In this document: positions 24,680 through 37,479 of the stretch, in pieces
Position numbering within the stretch: the first letter of the stretch is position 1
Layout of the letters: each line of letters starts with the position of its first letter
From: Octopus sinensis
Taxonomy: Eukaryota
Length of the DNA stretch: 64,000 nucleotides
Reading direction: 5' to 3'
NCBI RefSeq assembly: GCF_006345805.1
Contig: NC_042997.1
Coordinates: forward strand, 110,794,001 to 110,858,000
Notes under the pieces: generated by a model
Told to the model about the DNA's origin: nothing
Database searches by the model: none
Seen by the model: the letters and a program-made list of their open reading frames with translations, nothing else
Program-made: the position numbers and the translations under genes

Positions 24680-24734
<55 letters not shown>

Positions 24735-25024
24735 TATATAGGTGTGAGAGAGTTGGTATGTTTATATCTGGCTTTCATGCCGGTGGCATGTAAAAAGCAA
24801 CCACTACACTCTCGGAGTGGTTGGCGTTAGGAAGGGTATCCAGCTGTAGAAACTCTGCCAGATCAGATTAGAGTCTGGTGCAGCCATCTGGTTCGCCAGA
24901 CCTCAGTCAAATCGTCCAACCCATGCTAGCATGGAAAGCGGACGTTAAACGATGATGATGATATATGGTGTATCATCAGATCCCAAAACCTGTTGATCCA
25001 AAACCTCTTAAAGGGCAATAATCT

Positions 25025-25809
25025 GTTCACTGGGAGCTGCACAAAGCCAGATTTCATAGGGGGGATGCAATCAGAAAACTACTACTTTCAGAAACAAACA
25101 TTGCAAAGCATTTTGAGTGGAGTAAGAACCTACACAATTGGTCCCTAGAGCAGTGGAAGAATGTTATTTTCTCGGACATATCATCATATACCCCATTTTT
25201 GACCACTGGCCAAGTATCCACGTGGAGACAGCCAAAAGAAGCATTTGACCCAGACAACCTTCTTCCAACTGTTAAACATGGAGGAGGATCTGTGATGATC
25301 TGAGGGGCAATATCTTGGAAATCCGCCGGCCCAATGGTTTCCCTTCATGGCAGAATTAATAGTGAAAACTATTTAAGTATTTTATCTGATCAAATTCATC
25401 CTATGGTTGCGGAACTGTTTCTGGAGGGAAGCGCAATCTTTCAGGATGATAATGCACCAATTCACACAGCTAAAGTTGTTACTGAATGGCACGAGGAACA
25501 TTCTAGTGAAACTGGACATCTTATCTGGCCACCACAATCCCCAGATCTCAATATTATTGAATATTAATGGTGCATTTTAGAAAAACAAGTAAAGAGTTGA
25601 TATCCTCCACCATCATCACTACAAGAACTGGAGATTGTTTTAGCTGAAGAATGGAGAAAAATTCCTTTGGAAACAATTCAGACTTTGTACGAGTCCATAC
25701 CTCATAGAATTCAAGTTGCAATTACTGCCAATGGTGGTCCTGCCCTATATTAAAATAAATTTGTTTGAAATTTTAAGGTGTCTCCATTATTTTGTCCAAC
25801 CCCTCTGTA
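25025..25809 (+). pseudogene. Decayed Tc1-type DDE transposase with 3' TIR
   Basis: WSLEQWKNVIFSD, TVKHGGGSVMI*G, IFQDDNAPIHTAK, WPPQSPDLNIIE, in-frame stops; ends TCCATTATTTTGTCCAACCCCTCTGTA. Confidence 0.9.
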
Positions 25810-27095
25810 TATAATTATACAGATATAATTATAATTAAGGGTACTGAGAAAATAGCACCTACATGCTAGAGATAGATGTCAAATGACTTTAAAAGACACT
25901 TCAAAATACATTCAATTTGCATAAGGCTGAAAGAAAGGAAATGAATAAAAGGCATTTAGTAAAAATGAAAAAATTTTTAACTTTTTGCTAATTGCGTTAA
26001 TTTTTACCTTTATGGTTTTTTACATGCTGACCACTGATAATGTGTACAATATGGGACCAGATTCGGCCAGTTTGAACATAGAAAAGGTAGAATGCTTGCG
26101 CTAGGTACAGTGAGTTTGAGCATAAAACAGGTAGACTATTTCGGCCAGATGGGGGTCAGTTTAAATGCTAAAGGATTATAACATTTGATGCTTTTCACTA
26201 AAAGTGTTTACTTTTTTGTAAAGTCCACATCAGACATTTTTCTGACAATTCCCTCTATGCCTTTGTTTTGTATCGCATTCCTCAGTGCTCAGTCACTAAC
26301 CAGGGTGAATAGAAAAGGGTAGTGTAGACATCTTTGTCTAACACTTGGAGGTATTAGGAAAAAAAAATCAGTGGTCAGTGTGGCCAGCTTCAGTCCTGAT
26401 ACAATATGTAAATTTGATTAAAGTGGTGAGCAGGCAGAAATGTTAGCATGCTGGGTGAAATGCTTTTATTTCACATTACTTCAATGAGTTCAATTCCCAG
26501 TAACATGACGTATCCTTGAGCAAGACACTTTATTTTACATTGCTCCTGTCCATTCAGCTGGCAAAAATGAGTTGTACCAGTAATACAAAGGGTCAGCCTT
26601 ATCGTATTCTGTGTCACACTCAATCTCTCTGAGAACTCCATGTTTAGGGTGTGCATGTCTGTGGAGTGCTCAGCCACTAATTTCACAAGCAAGCTGTTCT
26701 GTTGATCAGATCAATTGGAACCCAGTTTTATTGTACATCCAAACAGGGTACCCCAACTGCTATTTCTGAAATACTTCAGATATATCACCAGTTATCAATA
26801 ATTATAGGTGTTCAAACAATTAAGCATCTCTGACCAAATTCTTGCATGAAAGCTTTGACCTATTTTATCTCTGTAGAACCTAATTCTTCACATCTGCCAA
26901 AGAAGAAACACCCAACGACAGTACTTTGGTGTAAAGATTGTTTGCCAACATAACATGGTAGTTCTGGTTTAGGACAAATGTTACTGTAATTTAGCCCCAG
27001 GAGATATCGTCTCCAGCTGGTTATACAACACGATCTGTGTCCTTGTATTTTCGAAGAAGAGCATTTAGCACCCCGACTCAGCTCAAAACAATATG

Positions 27096-27136
27096 TGTGT
27101 ATCGCGATTTCCGGGTTATTTCCCTTCATCAGCACA
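27096..27136 (-). ncRNA. Type I hammerhead ribozyme (copy 1 of tandem dimer)
   Basis: Minus strand TGTG-CTGATGA-AGGG aaataa CCCG-GAAA-TCGCGA-TA-CACA: intact CUGAUGA/GAAA core, stem I TGTG/CACA extended by AACAAT/ATTGTT, palindromic helix III, AUA cleavage triplet. Confidence 0.75.
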
Positions 27137-27442
27137 GAATAATTGTTTGGTTAGGGCTGCCAAATTCCCATTCAAAATATATAGTTTTCAAAGTGACAAC
27201 TAGTCACTGATTTATAAATTAGAAAATTACTATTTTTAAATCTCTCACCGAGAGATATTAAGTAACACTATTTTGTAGTAAAGATTGTTTGCCAACATAA
27301 CATGGCAGTCCTGGTTTAGGATGAACATTGCTGTAATTTAGCCCCAGGAGACATCGTCTCCAGCTGGCTATACAACATGATCTGTGTCCTTATATTTTCG
27401 AACAAGGGAATCTAGCACCCCCACTCAGCTCAAAACAATATC

Positions 27443-27483
27443 TGTGTATCATGATTTCCAGGTTATTTCCCTTCATCAGCACA
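27443..27483 (-). ncRNA. Type I hammerhead ribozyme (copy 2 of tandem dimer)
   Basis: Minus strand TGTG-CTGATGA-AGGG aaataa CCTG-GAAA-TCATGA-TA-CACA; helix III still palindromic; exactly 347 bp from copy 1. Confidence 0.72.
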
Positions 27484-27844
27484 ATAATTGTTCACATAGA
27501 GATGGTGCTGCCAAATTCTCGTTGGAAATATATAGTTTTCAAAGTGATAACTAGTCACTGATTTTGTTGTGAGATTTACAAATAGTAATTTTCTAACAGT
27601 AATTTTATTCTTTCACTCAAACTGTTCCCAATCTGAGAAAAAAATTTATGCAATTAAAAGTTAACGAGGGAATTAATTCATTAGAGCAAAAGTTGCTTAT
27701 TAAAATTCTGCAATTTAATTAGCTAAGTGTCTAATATGACAAATTATGAACATCTGTGGGAAAACGACTTCACAAAAACGTTTCTGATCATCTTGGGTTG
27801 GGAACCAACTGTTAGAAAGTGTACAAGTGCAATAAAGCTTAAAT

Positions 27845-28045
27845 CATCACCGTTCCTCATCACCATCATCATCATCATCATCACCATCACCATCATCACC
27901 ACCACCATCATCACCACCATCACCATCATCATCACCACCACCACCACCACCTCTGCCGCTACCACCACTAACACAACCACCACCACCATCATCACCACCA
28001 CTGCCGCCGCTACCACTACCACAACCTCCATCACCACCACCACCA
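27845..28045. repeat. (CAT/CAC)n trinucleotide repeat
   Basis: Direct reading. Confidence 0.9.
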
Positions 28046-28353
28046 GTGCTTTCTTACAGACAGACAGACAGATAGATAGATAGAATGATAGGCAGGCTGA
28101 CAGACAGACAGAAAAAGAAAAAAGTGAGAGAAAATGCTCTATGTCTAACTATCTCTCTCTCCTCCTACATTCTACCCATCTGTGCTCCCTGATTCCCTGT
28201 CACAACTCACTCTTACTCACCCCATAAATAGAAAGGTTCCTCCCTGACACACCACAACCATCATTTTCATCTCTTCCCACCTCCACCTCAGTCGCTTTCA
28301 CTCTCTTCTAAAAAGTGAGCAGCCAGGTAGTTCCTCTACAGCAAGAAACCTGT

Positions 28354-30133
28354 TCAATTCTGTTCTGGGCCCCTTCTCTCATATTTTACTCTCAATTCAG
28401 TTCTGGGCCCCTTCTCTCATACTTTACTCTCAATTCTGTTCTGGGCCCCTTCTCTCATACTTTACTCTCAATTCTGTTCTGGGCCCCTTCTCTCATATTT
28501 TACTCTCAATTCTGTTCTGGGCCCCTTCTCTCATACTTTACTCTCAATTCTGTTCTGGGCCCCTTCTCTCATACTTTACTCTCAATTCTGTTCTGGGCCC
28601 CTTCTCTCATACTTTACTCTCAATTCTGTTCTGGGCCCCTTCTCTCATACTTTAATCTCAATTCTGTTCTGGGCCCCTTCTCTCATATTTTACTCTCAAT
28701 TCTGTTCTGGGCCCCTTCTCTCATACTTTACTCTCAATTCTGTTCTGGGCCCCTTCTCTCATACTTTACTCTCAATTCTGTTCTGGGCCCCTTCTCTCAT
28801 ACTTTACTCTCAATTCTGTTCTGGGCCCCTTCTCTCATACTTTACTCTCAATTCTGTTCTGGGCCCCTTCTCTCATACTTTACTCTCAATTCTGTTCTGG
28901 GCCCCTTCTCTCATACTTTACTCTCAATTCTGTTCTGGGCCCCTTCTCTCATACTTTACTCTCAATTCTGTTCTGGGCCCCTTCTCTCAGATTTTACTCT
29001 CAATTCTGTTCTGGGCCCCTTCTCTCAGATTTTACTCTCAATTCTGTTCTGGGCCCCTTCTCTCATACTTTACTCTCAATTCTGTTCTGGGCCCCTTCTC
29101 TCATATTTTACTCTCAATTCTGTTCTGGGCCCCTTCTCTCATACTTTACTCTCAATTCTGTTCTGGGCCCCTTCTCTCATACTTTACTCTCAATTCTGTT
29201 CTGGGCCCCTTCTCTCAGATTTTACTCTCAATTCTGTTCTGGGCCCCTTCTCTCATACTTTACTCTCAATTCTGTTCTGGGCCCCTTCTCTCATATTTTA
29301 ATCTCAATTCTGTTCTGGGCCCCTTCTCTCATACTTTACTCTCAATTCTGTTCTGGGCCCCTTCTCTCATACTTTACTCTCAATTCTGTTCTGGGCCCCT
29401 TCTCTCATACTTTACTCTCAATTCTGTTCTGGGCCCCTTCTCTCATACTTTACTCTCAATTCTGTTCTGGGCCCCTTCTCTCATACTTTACTCTCAATTC
29501 TGTTCTGGGCCCCTTCTCTCATACTTTACTCTCAATTCTGTTCTGGGCCCCTTCTCTCATACTTTACTCTCAATTCTGTTCTGGGCCCCTTCTCTCATAC
29601 TTTACTCTCAATTCTGTTCTGGGCCCCTTCTCTCATATTTTACTCTCAATTCTGTTCTGGGCCCCTTCTCTCATACTTTACTCTCAATTCTGTTCTGGGC
29701 CCCTTCTCTCATATTTTACTCTCAATTCTGTTCTGGGCCCCTTCTCTCATACTTTACTCTCAATTCTGTTCTGGGCCCCTTCTCTCATACTTTACTCTCA
29801 ATTCTGTTCTGGGCCCCTTCTCTCATACTTTACTCAATTCTGTTCTGGGCCCCTCTCTCATACTTTACTCTCAATTCTGTTCTGGGCCCCTTCTCTCATA
29901 CTTTACTCTCAATTCTGTTCTGGGCCCCTTCTCTCATACTTTACTCTCAATTCTGTTCTGGGCCCCTTCTCTCATACTTTACTCTCAATTCTGTTCTGGG
30001 CCCCTTCTCTCATACTTTATTCTCAATTCTGTTCTGGGCCCCTTCTCTCATACTTTACTCTCAATTCTGTTCTGGGCTGCTTCTCTCATACTTTACTCTC
30101 AATTCTGTTCTGGGCCCCTTCCCTCATACTTTA
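28354..30133. repeat. 38-bp minisatellite, about 47 copies (CTCAATTCTGTTCTGGGCCCCTTCTCTCATACTTTACT)
   Basis: Period 38 read directly; highly homogeneous; explains ORF 28315-29301. Confidence 0.97.
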
Positions 30134-30382
30134 AACCTCTCGTTCCCTCAAATGAAATTCTCTACTTTAGTCCTGCTCAGTGAAAAGGGGTTGTCTTGCA
30201 GATTGCATGGTGACCTCACTCGTGCTGGTGCTAGGGAAAAAAAAACAGCATTTGGGACACACATACTGGAAGGGATCCAATCATAGAAACACTGTAACCC
30301 TGTAGAGAATGATGTAGTCCTTGGTCTCGTCAACTTCTATCGAACCATCCAACCCATGCCAGCATGGAAGCTGGACGTTAAA

Positions 30383-31897
30383 TGATGATGATGATGATGA
30401 CAACAATGACAATGATGATGACAACAATGATGATGGTGATGATGATGATGATGATGATGATAATGACTACGATGGTGGTTTTGGTGGTGGTGGTGGCAGT
30501 GGCGATGAGGTGGTGGTGGTGGTGGTGGTGGTGGTGGTGGTGGTGGTGGTGATGGCAGTGGTGGTGGTGGTGATGGCAGTGGTGGTGGTGGTGATGATGA
30601 GGATGATGTTGATGGTGATGATGATTGTGATGATGATGATAATACAAACAAAAGCAACGAACATAAATGTTATAATGTCCAAACTCACAGACGACTTTTT
30701 CAACACCAAAATCTGTTGTAATTTGAGGAGTTTCTTGTTAGTTTAGTTTAGTTCTGCCCTTGTTTCATATCAGACATTGGTTTTCACTTTGTACTGAAGG
30801 TCAAGGACGTTTTGATTGCCATGGAAACCCATTCAGCCCAGTCATTATTCCCTGTTGCACTGGATTATATAGTATTACAGTATAACATGTCAAATTGTAT
30901 GGCATTCGTTATTACACTGGCACAAATCAAACCAAATTGTTACAGGGCACAAACAGATACACCACCACCACCACTATCACTACCATCAACACTACTACAA
31001 CCACCACCTCCGCAATGACTACCACCACCTCCTCCTCCTCCTCCACCACCACCACCACCACCACCACAACCACGACTATCCCCTTCACCACAACAACAAC
31101 CACCTCCTCCTCCATCACCACCACCACTACCCGCCACCACCACCCACCACCACCCACCACCTTATTTCCTTACCCTGCCCTCCATTAGCAAACACCTCAT
31201 TTCACTAACGACCCAATTATTCCAAGCTACTTTGTTGCAAATCCAAATTTCCTGAAAACCCATCAATCCAATTGTGACAAACCCTACTTTGCCAAGAAGT
31301 ATCATTGAAGCTGAATGCTGTTTCTGTTTCATGCTAATAAACCCCCACCACCCCCGCCATCCGTTCAGTTTGGATCAGCAAATACGGAATAAACCGAGTG
31401 GAAGCAACACGGAAACATAATCCTCTTGCATCACTGAAAGCCCACCCCCACCCCCATACCAGCCATGCCAGTCATGGCAAAGCAGATGGGAAGTGATGAC
31501 GATGACGAGGAAATTCCTTACATAATACAGCTCGGTCAAACAGTAAAACTCATCGTCATCATCATTGTCATTGTTATCATTATCCTAACCACCACCACCA
31601 CCACCACCACCACTACTACCACCATCATCATCTTCAACATCATCATCACCACCATCATCACCGTCATCATCATCATCACCACCATCATCACCACCATCAT
31701 CACCATCATCATCATCACCATCATCTTCAACATCATCATCGTCATCATTATCATTGTTATCCTAACCACCACCACCATCATCATCATCACCATCACCCAC
31801 CACCATCATCATCATCATTGTCATCCTAACCATCATCATCATCATCATTACTATCTTCAACATCATCATCATCATCACCATCACCATTGTCATCCTA

Positions 31898-31928
<31 letters not shown>

Positions 31929-32090
31929 TTGTCATCCTAATATCATCATCATCATCCTCATCATTGTCTTCATCATTATTGTGATCATCGTCATCATCAT
32001 CATCATCATCATTGTCATCCTAATGTCATCATCCTCACCATCATCATCATTGTCATACTAACGTTGTCATCATTGTCAGCATCATCAGCA
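30383..32090. repeat. Compound trinucleotide arrays (GAT/GGT)n then (CAC/CAT)n
   Basis: Blocks 30383-30640, 30958-31160 and 31550-32090; source of the poly-H/T/I/V ORFs. Confidence 0.9.
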
Positions 32091-32294
32091 CCATTTTAAT
32101 ACCTACTTTCCATGCATTCATGTGTCAGATAGAGCGTATCGAGGTAGATTTTCAACGGCTGGATGCCCTTCCCGTAGCCAACCCTCCCTAGTTTCCCCTC
32201 GGCCCCACATGGTCTCCATGCAGACGAATGATAATGCCTGTGTAGTTGTGGCACCCATTTACAATTAACACACAATGCCTGCTTTTCAGCTTGT

Positions 32295-32730
32295 GTCCAT
32301 GCGTGTGTGTGTGTGTTTGTGCATGTGTGCATGTGCATGTGTGCATGTGTATGTGTGTAGGGGCATGCGTGTACATGTGCATGTGTGTGTGCATGTGTGT
32401 GTGTGTGTTTATGTATGTATGTGTGTATCTGTGCATGCGTGCATGTCTGCATGTATATGGGGGAGCATGCATATGCATGTGCATGTGTGTGCATGCATGC
32501 TTGTGTGTGTGCACACATGTCTGTGTGCACATGTCTGTCATGTGCATGTGTGTGCTTGTGTATGTATATATGTATCTGTGCATGCATGCATGTCTGCGCA
32601 TGTGTGTGTGGGAGCATGCATGTGCATGTGTGTGTACATGTGTGTGTGTCTGCATGCGTGTTTGTGTGTGTGTATGTGCGCACATGTCTGTGCACATATC
32701 TGTGTGCGTATGTGTGTGCGTGTGTGTGTG
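32295..32730. repeat. Alternating purine-pyrimidine tract (TG/TGCA)n
   Basis: About 430 bp of TGTG/TGCATG alternation. Confidence 0.9.
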
Positions 32731-33011
32731 TCTTTATGTTGACTTGGTACGATAGTCGTAAACAATGTCCTCTGTTTCCAGTCTTCCATAAAAAACAAGT
32801 CAGACCACAGGAAAGTATTACCTTGCTTGGAAACAGGAGAAGGTTTGTGACAGGAAGGGCATCCAACCATAGGAAAATCTGCAAGCATAAAAATGTGGAC
32901 GTTAAAATGGTGGTGGTGGTGGTGGTGGTGGTGGTGAAGATGATGACGAAGAGTTGGCAAGCTGGCAGAATTGTTAAAGCATTGGAATAAATGCTTAGCA
33001 GTATTAGTTCT

Positions 33012-33376
33012 TTATTATCTCCGCCTTAGTGAAGGCAGAGGTATTGTTTCAGTTGTATTTGTTTGCCTGTGGACAAGATATCTCAAGAACCACTGAATGG
33101 ATTCGGATGAAACTTTCAGGGATATTTGGCCTCATAACTGACACGAACGGATTTGATTTTGGAATCGATCCGGCACCGGACAAGGATTCTGGATTTATTT
33201 TTCCTATTTTTAAACTTAATTTTTGAGAGCGCTCAGGTTCATTTTTATTATTCTCGTTTGTGAGAGCAGTCGAGTTTATTTCAGATATTCTCATTCTAAA
33301 AATAATCTCTGGCTAATCATTGAGAGGACATTGGTGTTGCCTTGGTGGAGGTTTGCACTCTCTGAGTGCTCTTGTT
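33012..33376 (+). mobile_element. Helentron-associated non-autonomous element (HINE/DINE-1-like)
   Basis: 5' TTATTATCTCCGCC...GGCAGAGGT, GTTT microsatellite-like block, 3' subTIR GGTGGAGGT, hairpin GCACTC-tct-GAGTGC and CTTGTT end; splits a SINE at a T-rich site. Confidence 0.7.
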
Positions 33377-34330
33377 TGTTCTGAATCCAAATTATTCCAA
33401 GATGAACTTTGCTTTTAACCCCTCCATAGTCAATGAAACAAAATACCAGTAATGTACTGAGGTGGATTTAATCGGTTAACTATTCATCATCATCATTGTT
33501 TAACATCTTCCTCATATTGTTGGATGGTTTGACAGGAGCTGGCCAAACAGGAGCCTGCTCCAGACTTCTGTGTCCGTTTTGGCAGGGTTTTTACAACTGA
33601 TTGCCCTTCCTAATGCCAACCACTCACCAGAGTGGAGTGAGTGTTTTTAACATGGTACAAGCACAAACAAGGTCAGTTTTGGCAAGGTTTTTATAGCTGG
33701 ATGCCCTTCCTAACACCAACCACTCACCAGAATGAAGTGAGTGTTTTTAACATGGTACAAGCACAAGGGGAGGTTAGTTTTGGCAAGGCTTTTATAGCTG
33801 GATGCCCTTCCAAATGCCAACCACTTTACAGTGTGGATGGGATGCTTTTTAAGCAGCACATGCACTGACAGGGTCACCAAGTAACTTGCAAGACGTCCCT
33901 TTAAAAATTACTGACCTTGTGTGTCTTAATTAAGATCAATTATTTATGTGGAGACAAAACCAGTGAATTAAACTCCAACAGAAAATTTTTTTTTAAATAA
34001 TAAATAAAAGTTAGAAATAAACCAGAAATTATAGATCAAGTCAGATTTAATAAAAAAAAAAAAGACCACCACCATTGATCATGACAGTTATGGATGGGCA
34101 ATAAATATTTAGTTTCAGTTTGAAATCCATCATCTGAGGCTGATAGGTGGAGATCCTGAAGTGGAGAAGGCCATATATTGTAACATAATTGGAGAAAGTT
34201 TTCTCTGTGCGTCTGTTGGAAGGAAACCAGATCAGCTTGAAGACTTGTGCGGGTTTGTTTGAAAAGGTTATGAACAATAACATGAGGGAAATGTCACAAA
34301 GATATTGATCAATCATTAATCAGGTTTCTT

Positions 34331-34470
34331 TTAACCTTTTAGCATCAGGATTACTCTGTATAAATGTTAATGTTTATTTAATCACATTGCTTTGAATTAA
34401 TCATGCATTGTCTTGCAGCCTTGAAATTTCGATGATGTGACTTTTTTTTTATATTCTGCCACAGGTTGGT
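34331..34470. mobile_element. TTAA-type (piggyBac-like) MITE fragment
   Basis: Starts TTAACCTTTTAGCAT; a complementary-type end AAATGCTAAAGG occurs at about 26163-26174, and a related AAAAGGGTTAA end at about 63595-63605. Confidence 0.45.
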
Positions 34471-34614
34471 AGACATAAAATTAGGTAATAAAGTTCTATA
34501 TTTAAGAGATGAAGAATTATGTACATTATTTACATTGTCAGTGGAAATGTTGTGTTAACAACAAACAAGATGAGGACAAATATTCATCAAATGTAAATAA
34601 CAGCCCACAGACAT

Positions 34615-35425
34615 ATGAGGGTGAAAAATTGGATATTAATTTGATCAACATTAATTTAAAACCAGTGGTTTAGCATATTAAAAACGAGGTCGGACATGTA
34701 TCTAGTTCTACCTATTACACATGTGGTTATTTTTCAGAAGTCCTTGTTTTGGCACGCTAAACTAATGGTCATCCCCCTCATATGTATGTAATACAATTTA
34801 CTAAACCTTCAGTTTTTAATATGCTAGGCCACTGGTTTTAAATTGATGTTAATCAAATTAATATCCAATTTTTTACCCTCATTTTAATTTTAATTTTAAA
34901 TTAATATGTCCTCTAACCGGCAAAAGCTACTGCAGTGAATTATTTTCTGCAGTATTATTTCCGGTAATTTAGCGCGCCAAAACGAGGACTTTTGAAAAAT
35001 AACCACAAGTGTAATAGGTAGAGCTAGATACATGTCCGACCTCGTGCGGACATTTCGTGTACAGTTCTGCAAATTATATTTGTATTGACGATCATGCTGA
35101 AGATCTACAGACAAATTGCATAAGTAAAATTACATAATCTGTTGATAGTGAAACATTGGTTGTGATTAATCTATATTTTTGCTGCTTTTCATTTGTCTTG
35201 CTCGCCTACTTTCTGGTGTTTGCTAAATTTTCTTGAGAACATTTCTTAGAGGTAACACCATAGCGGATTTACTTCTAGCATAAGGGTTGTCCACTTAGTG
35301 GTCATCCCTCTCATATGTATGTAATACAATTAACTGAACCTTCAGTTTTTAATATACTAAGCCACTAGTTTTAAATTGATGTTAACCAAATTAATATCCA
35401 ATTTTTCACCCTCATTTTAATTTTA
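34615..35425. mobile_element. Partial-tandem plus inverted repeat complex, Penelope-like architecture
   Basis: About 34766-34895 is directly repeated at about 35298-35425; 34617-34685 is the inverse of 34812-34882; 34685-34762 is the inverse of 34967-35045; degenerate CTGAAGA...GAAAC motif near 35097-35155. Confidence 0.5.
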
Positions 35426-35437
35426 TATATATATATG

Positions 35438-35481
<44 letters not shown>

Positions 35482-37479
35482 TGTGTGTATATGATTGTGT
35501 GCCTGTGTTTGACCCCCACCATCGCTTGACAACCGATGCTGGCGTGTTTACGTCCCTGTAACTTAGTGGTTCGGCAAAAGAGACCGATAGAATAAGTACT
35601 AGTACTGGGGCCAATTTGCTCAACTAAAGGCGGTGCTCCAGCCATGGCCGCAGTCAAATGACTGAAACAAGTAAAAGAATAAAAGAATATATATATACAT
35701 ATATATCTTTTATCTTTTACTTGTTTCAGTCATTTGACTGAGGCCATGCTGGAGTACCGTCTTGAATTTTTAGATGAATGAATCAACTCCAGTGCTTCTT
35801 TTTTTTAAAGCCTAGTATTTACTTTATCAGTTTCCTTTGCTGAACAGCTATGTTATAGGCCTAGTGATAGATTGTCACTATATAAACCTACAATAACTAT
35901 ACATGAGTTAATGTGACGACTTAATATAACTTAACCCTGGATTAAGGTATAATCTTTAAGGATTTTTAAACCAGAGGTCTCTGCCTGCAGGTGGGTGGGG
36001 TGTATGAGCTTAAAAGAAAAATTTTGAAAATGGGAGTCTCATAGTACTTTCATTTAAGGGCCAAACAAAATATTAAATCAGTTCTGAAAGAAATTGCATA
36101 GGGATGACATCTGCAGGAAACACAATAGTAAAGTGTGTCAATATCGTTATTGTGGTGAGTAAATAATTTGGAAACTTTTAGTTGTTGTTATGTTGCACTT
36201 TTCAGCAAAGTTATACTTTTAGCAAAATACAATAATTGTTCAATCTAGAATAAATTACTTTCTCACGTATTTCACAGTTGAGTGGTTGCGCCATCAGAAC
36301 AATTTCTCCCCACTACAACCTACCACACACATGCACACGCAGACACACATGAACTTGCCGTGGGTGTGGTTGTCATGGTGTTTGACAAGTTAGTGAAGGA
36401 AAATTTTTATTTTTCAGGCTGCATAAAGAAGCAAATTTAACAATACCCACAAACATTTAATTTAATTTCTGGGTGAGCTGGCAGAAACATTAGCGCGTTG
36501 GGCGAAATGCTTAGCAGTATTTCGTTTTCCTTTACGTTTTGTGTTCAAATTCTGCCAAGGTCGTCTTTGCCTTTCATCCTTTTGGGGTCAATAAATTAAG
36601 TACCAGTTGCATACTGGAGTTGATCTAATCAACTGGGCCCATCCCCCAGAATTTTGGGGCCTTGTGCCGAGAGTAGAAAAGAATTGTGTTGATCTTTTAC
36701 AAATGCTAAAAACAATAATTACACACCAGAAGAGACATTTGTGCCAGCCCATCATCATCATCATCATCATTTGTCTACCTTCCATACTGGCATGGATAGG
36801 ATGGTTCAACAGGAGCTGGCCAGGCTGAAGCCTGCACCAGACTTCTGTGATCGTTTTGGCAAGGTTTTTACAACTGAATGCCCTTCCAAACACCAACCAC
36901 TCAGGAAAGTGGCTTTGGGGATTTTACATCTATCAGGTTTGGTTAGGTTTTTACAGCTGGATGCCCTTCTACATGCCAACCACTTCACAGTGTGGACAGG
37001 GTGCTTTTAAGTGGCACCTACACTGACAGGGTCACCAAGTAACTTGCAAGGCAAAAAAATATTTTGAAAGGGGAGGGGGCATTGGAGGAGGAGATCTTGT
37101 GTCAAATGATGAAAGGTTAAAGTGAGAGGGAGAGACAGAAACAGGTGTTTTGCTGTAGAGGAGGTACAAGGTTACCTGGCCAGAGAGAGATAGAGAAAGA
37201 GAGAGAGAGAGGGAGAGAGAGAGAGGGAATGAAGATAAAAACATTACAACTAGAAAATAATTGTGTTATATTTGTGATGTTAAAAATTCCTGTCATCTGT
37301 CTCAGTTGGCTGGATGGTGATGAGAATGGAGAGATCAGGTGACTGGCCCCAACGTCTGTAATTACTGCCAAAAACTGTTTTTTACAGGGCACAAGTAGAA
37401 GATTCCAGAAGATCGAATCAGGCAATAACCTGATGCTGATTGGTTGTTTAAAAGACCAATCATGTGAAGCTACTGTGGT

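Larger units (their letters stand above)
26931..27600 (-). mobile_element. Hammerhead-bearing 347-bp tandem repeat (non-LTR retrozyme or Penelope pseudo-LTR-like)
   Basis: Direct repeat units start at 26931 and 27278 (GTAAAGATTGTTTGCCAACATAACATGG...), one hammerhead each, no ORF of note. A short inverted copy (AAATAGTAATTTTCTAA near 27580) mirrors 27219-27235. Confidence 0.65.

Noticed and set aside
28315-29301. 328-aa ORF / possible CRISPR-like array
   Set aside because: Translation of a spacer-less 38-bp minisatellite; non-ATG start; eukaryotic context.
30321-32990. Poly-His/Thr/Val/Cys-Val ORFs (also 20152-20611, 27727-28083, 44320-44718)
   Set aside because: Simple-sequence repeats that are open in several frames on both strands.
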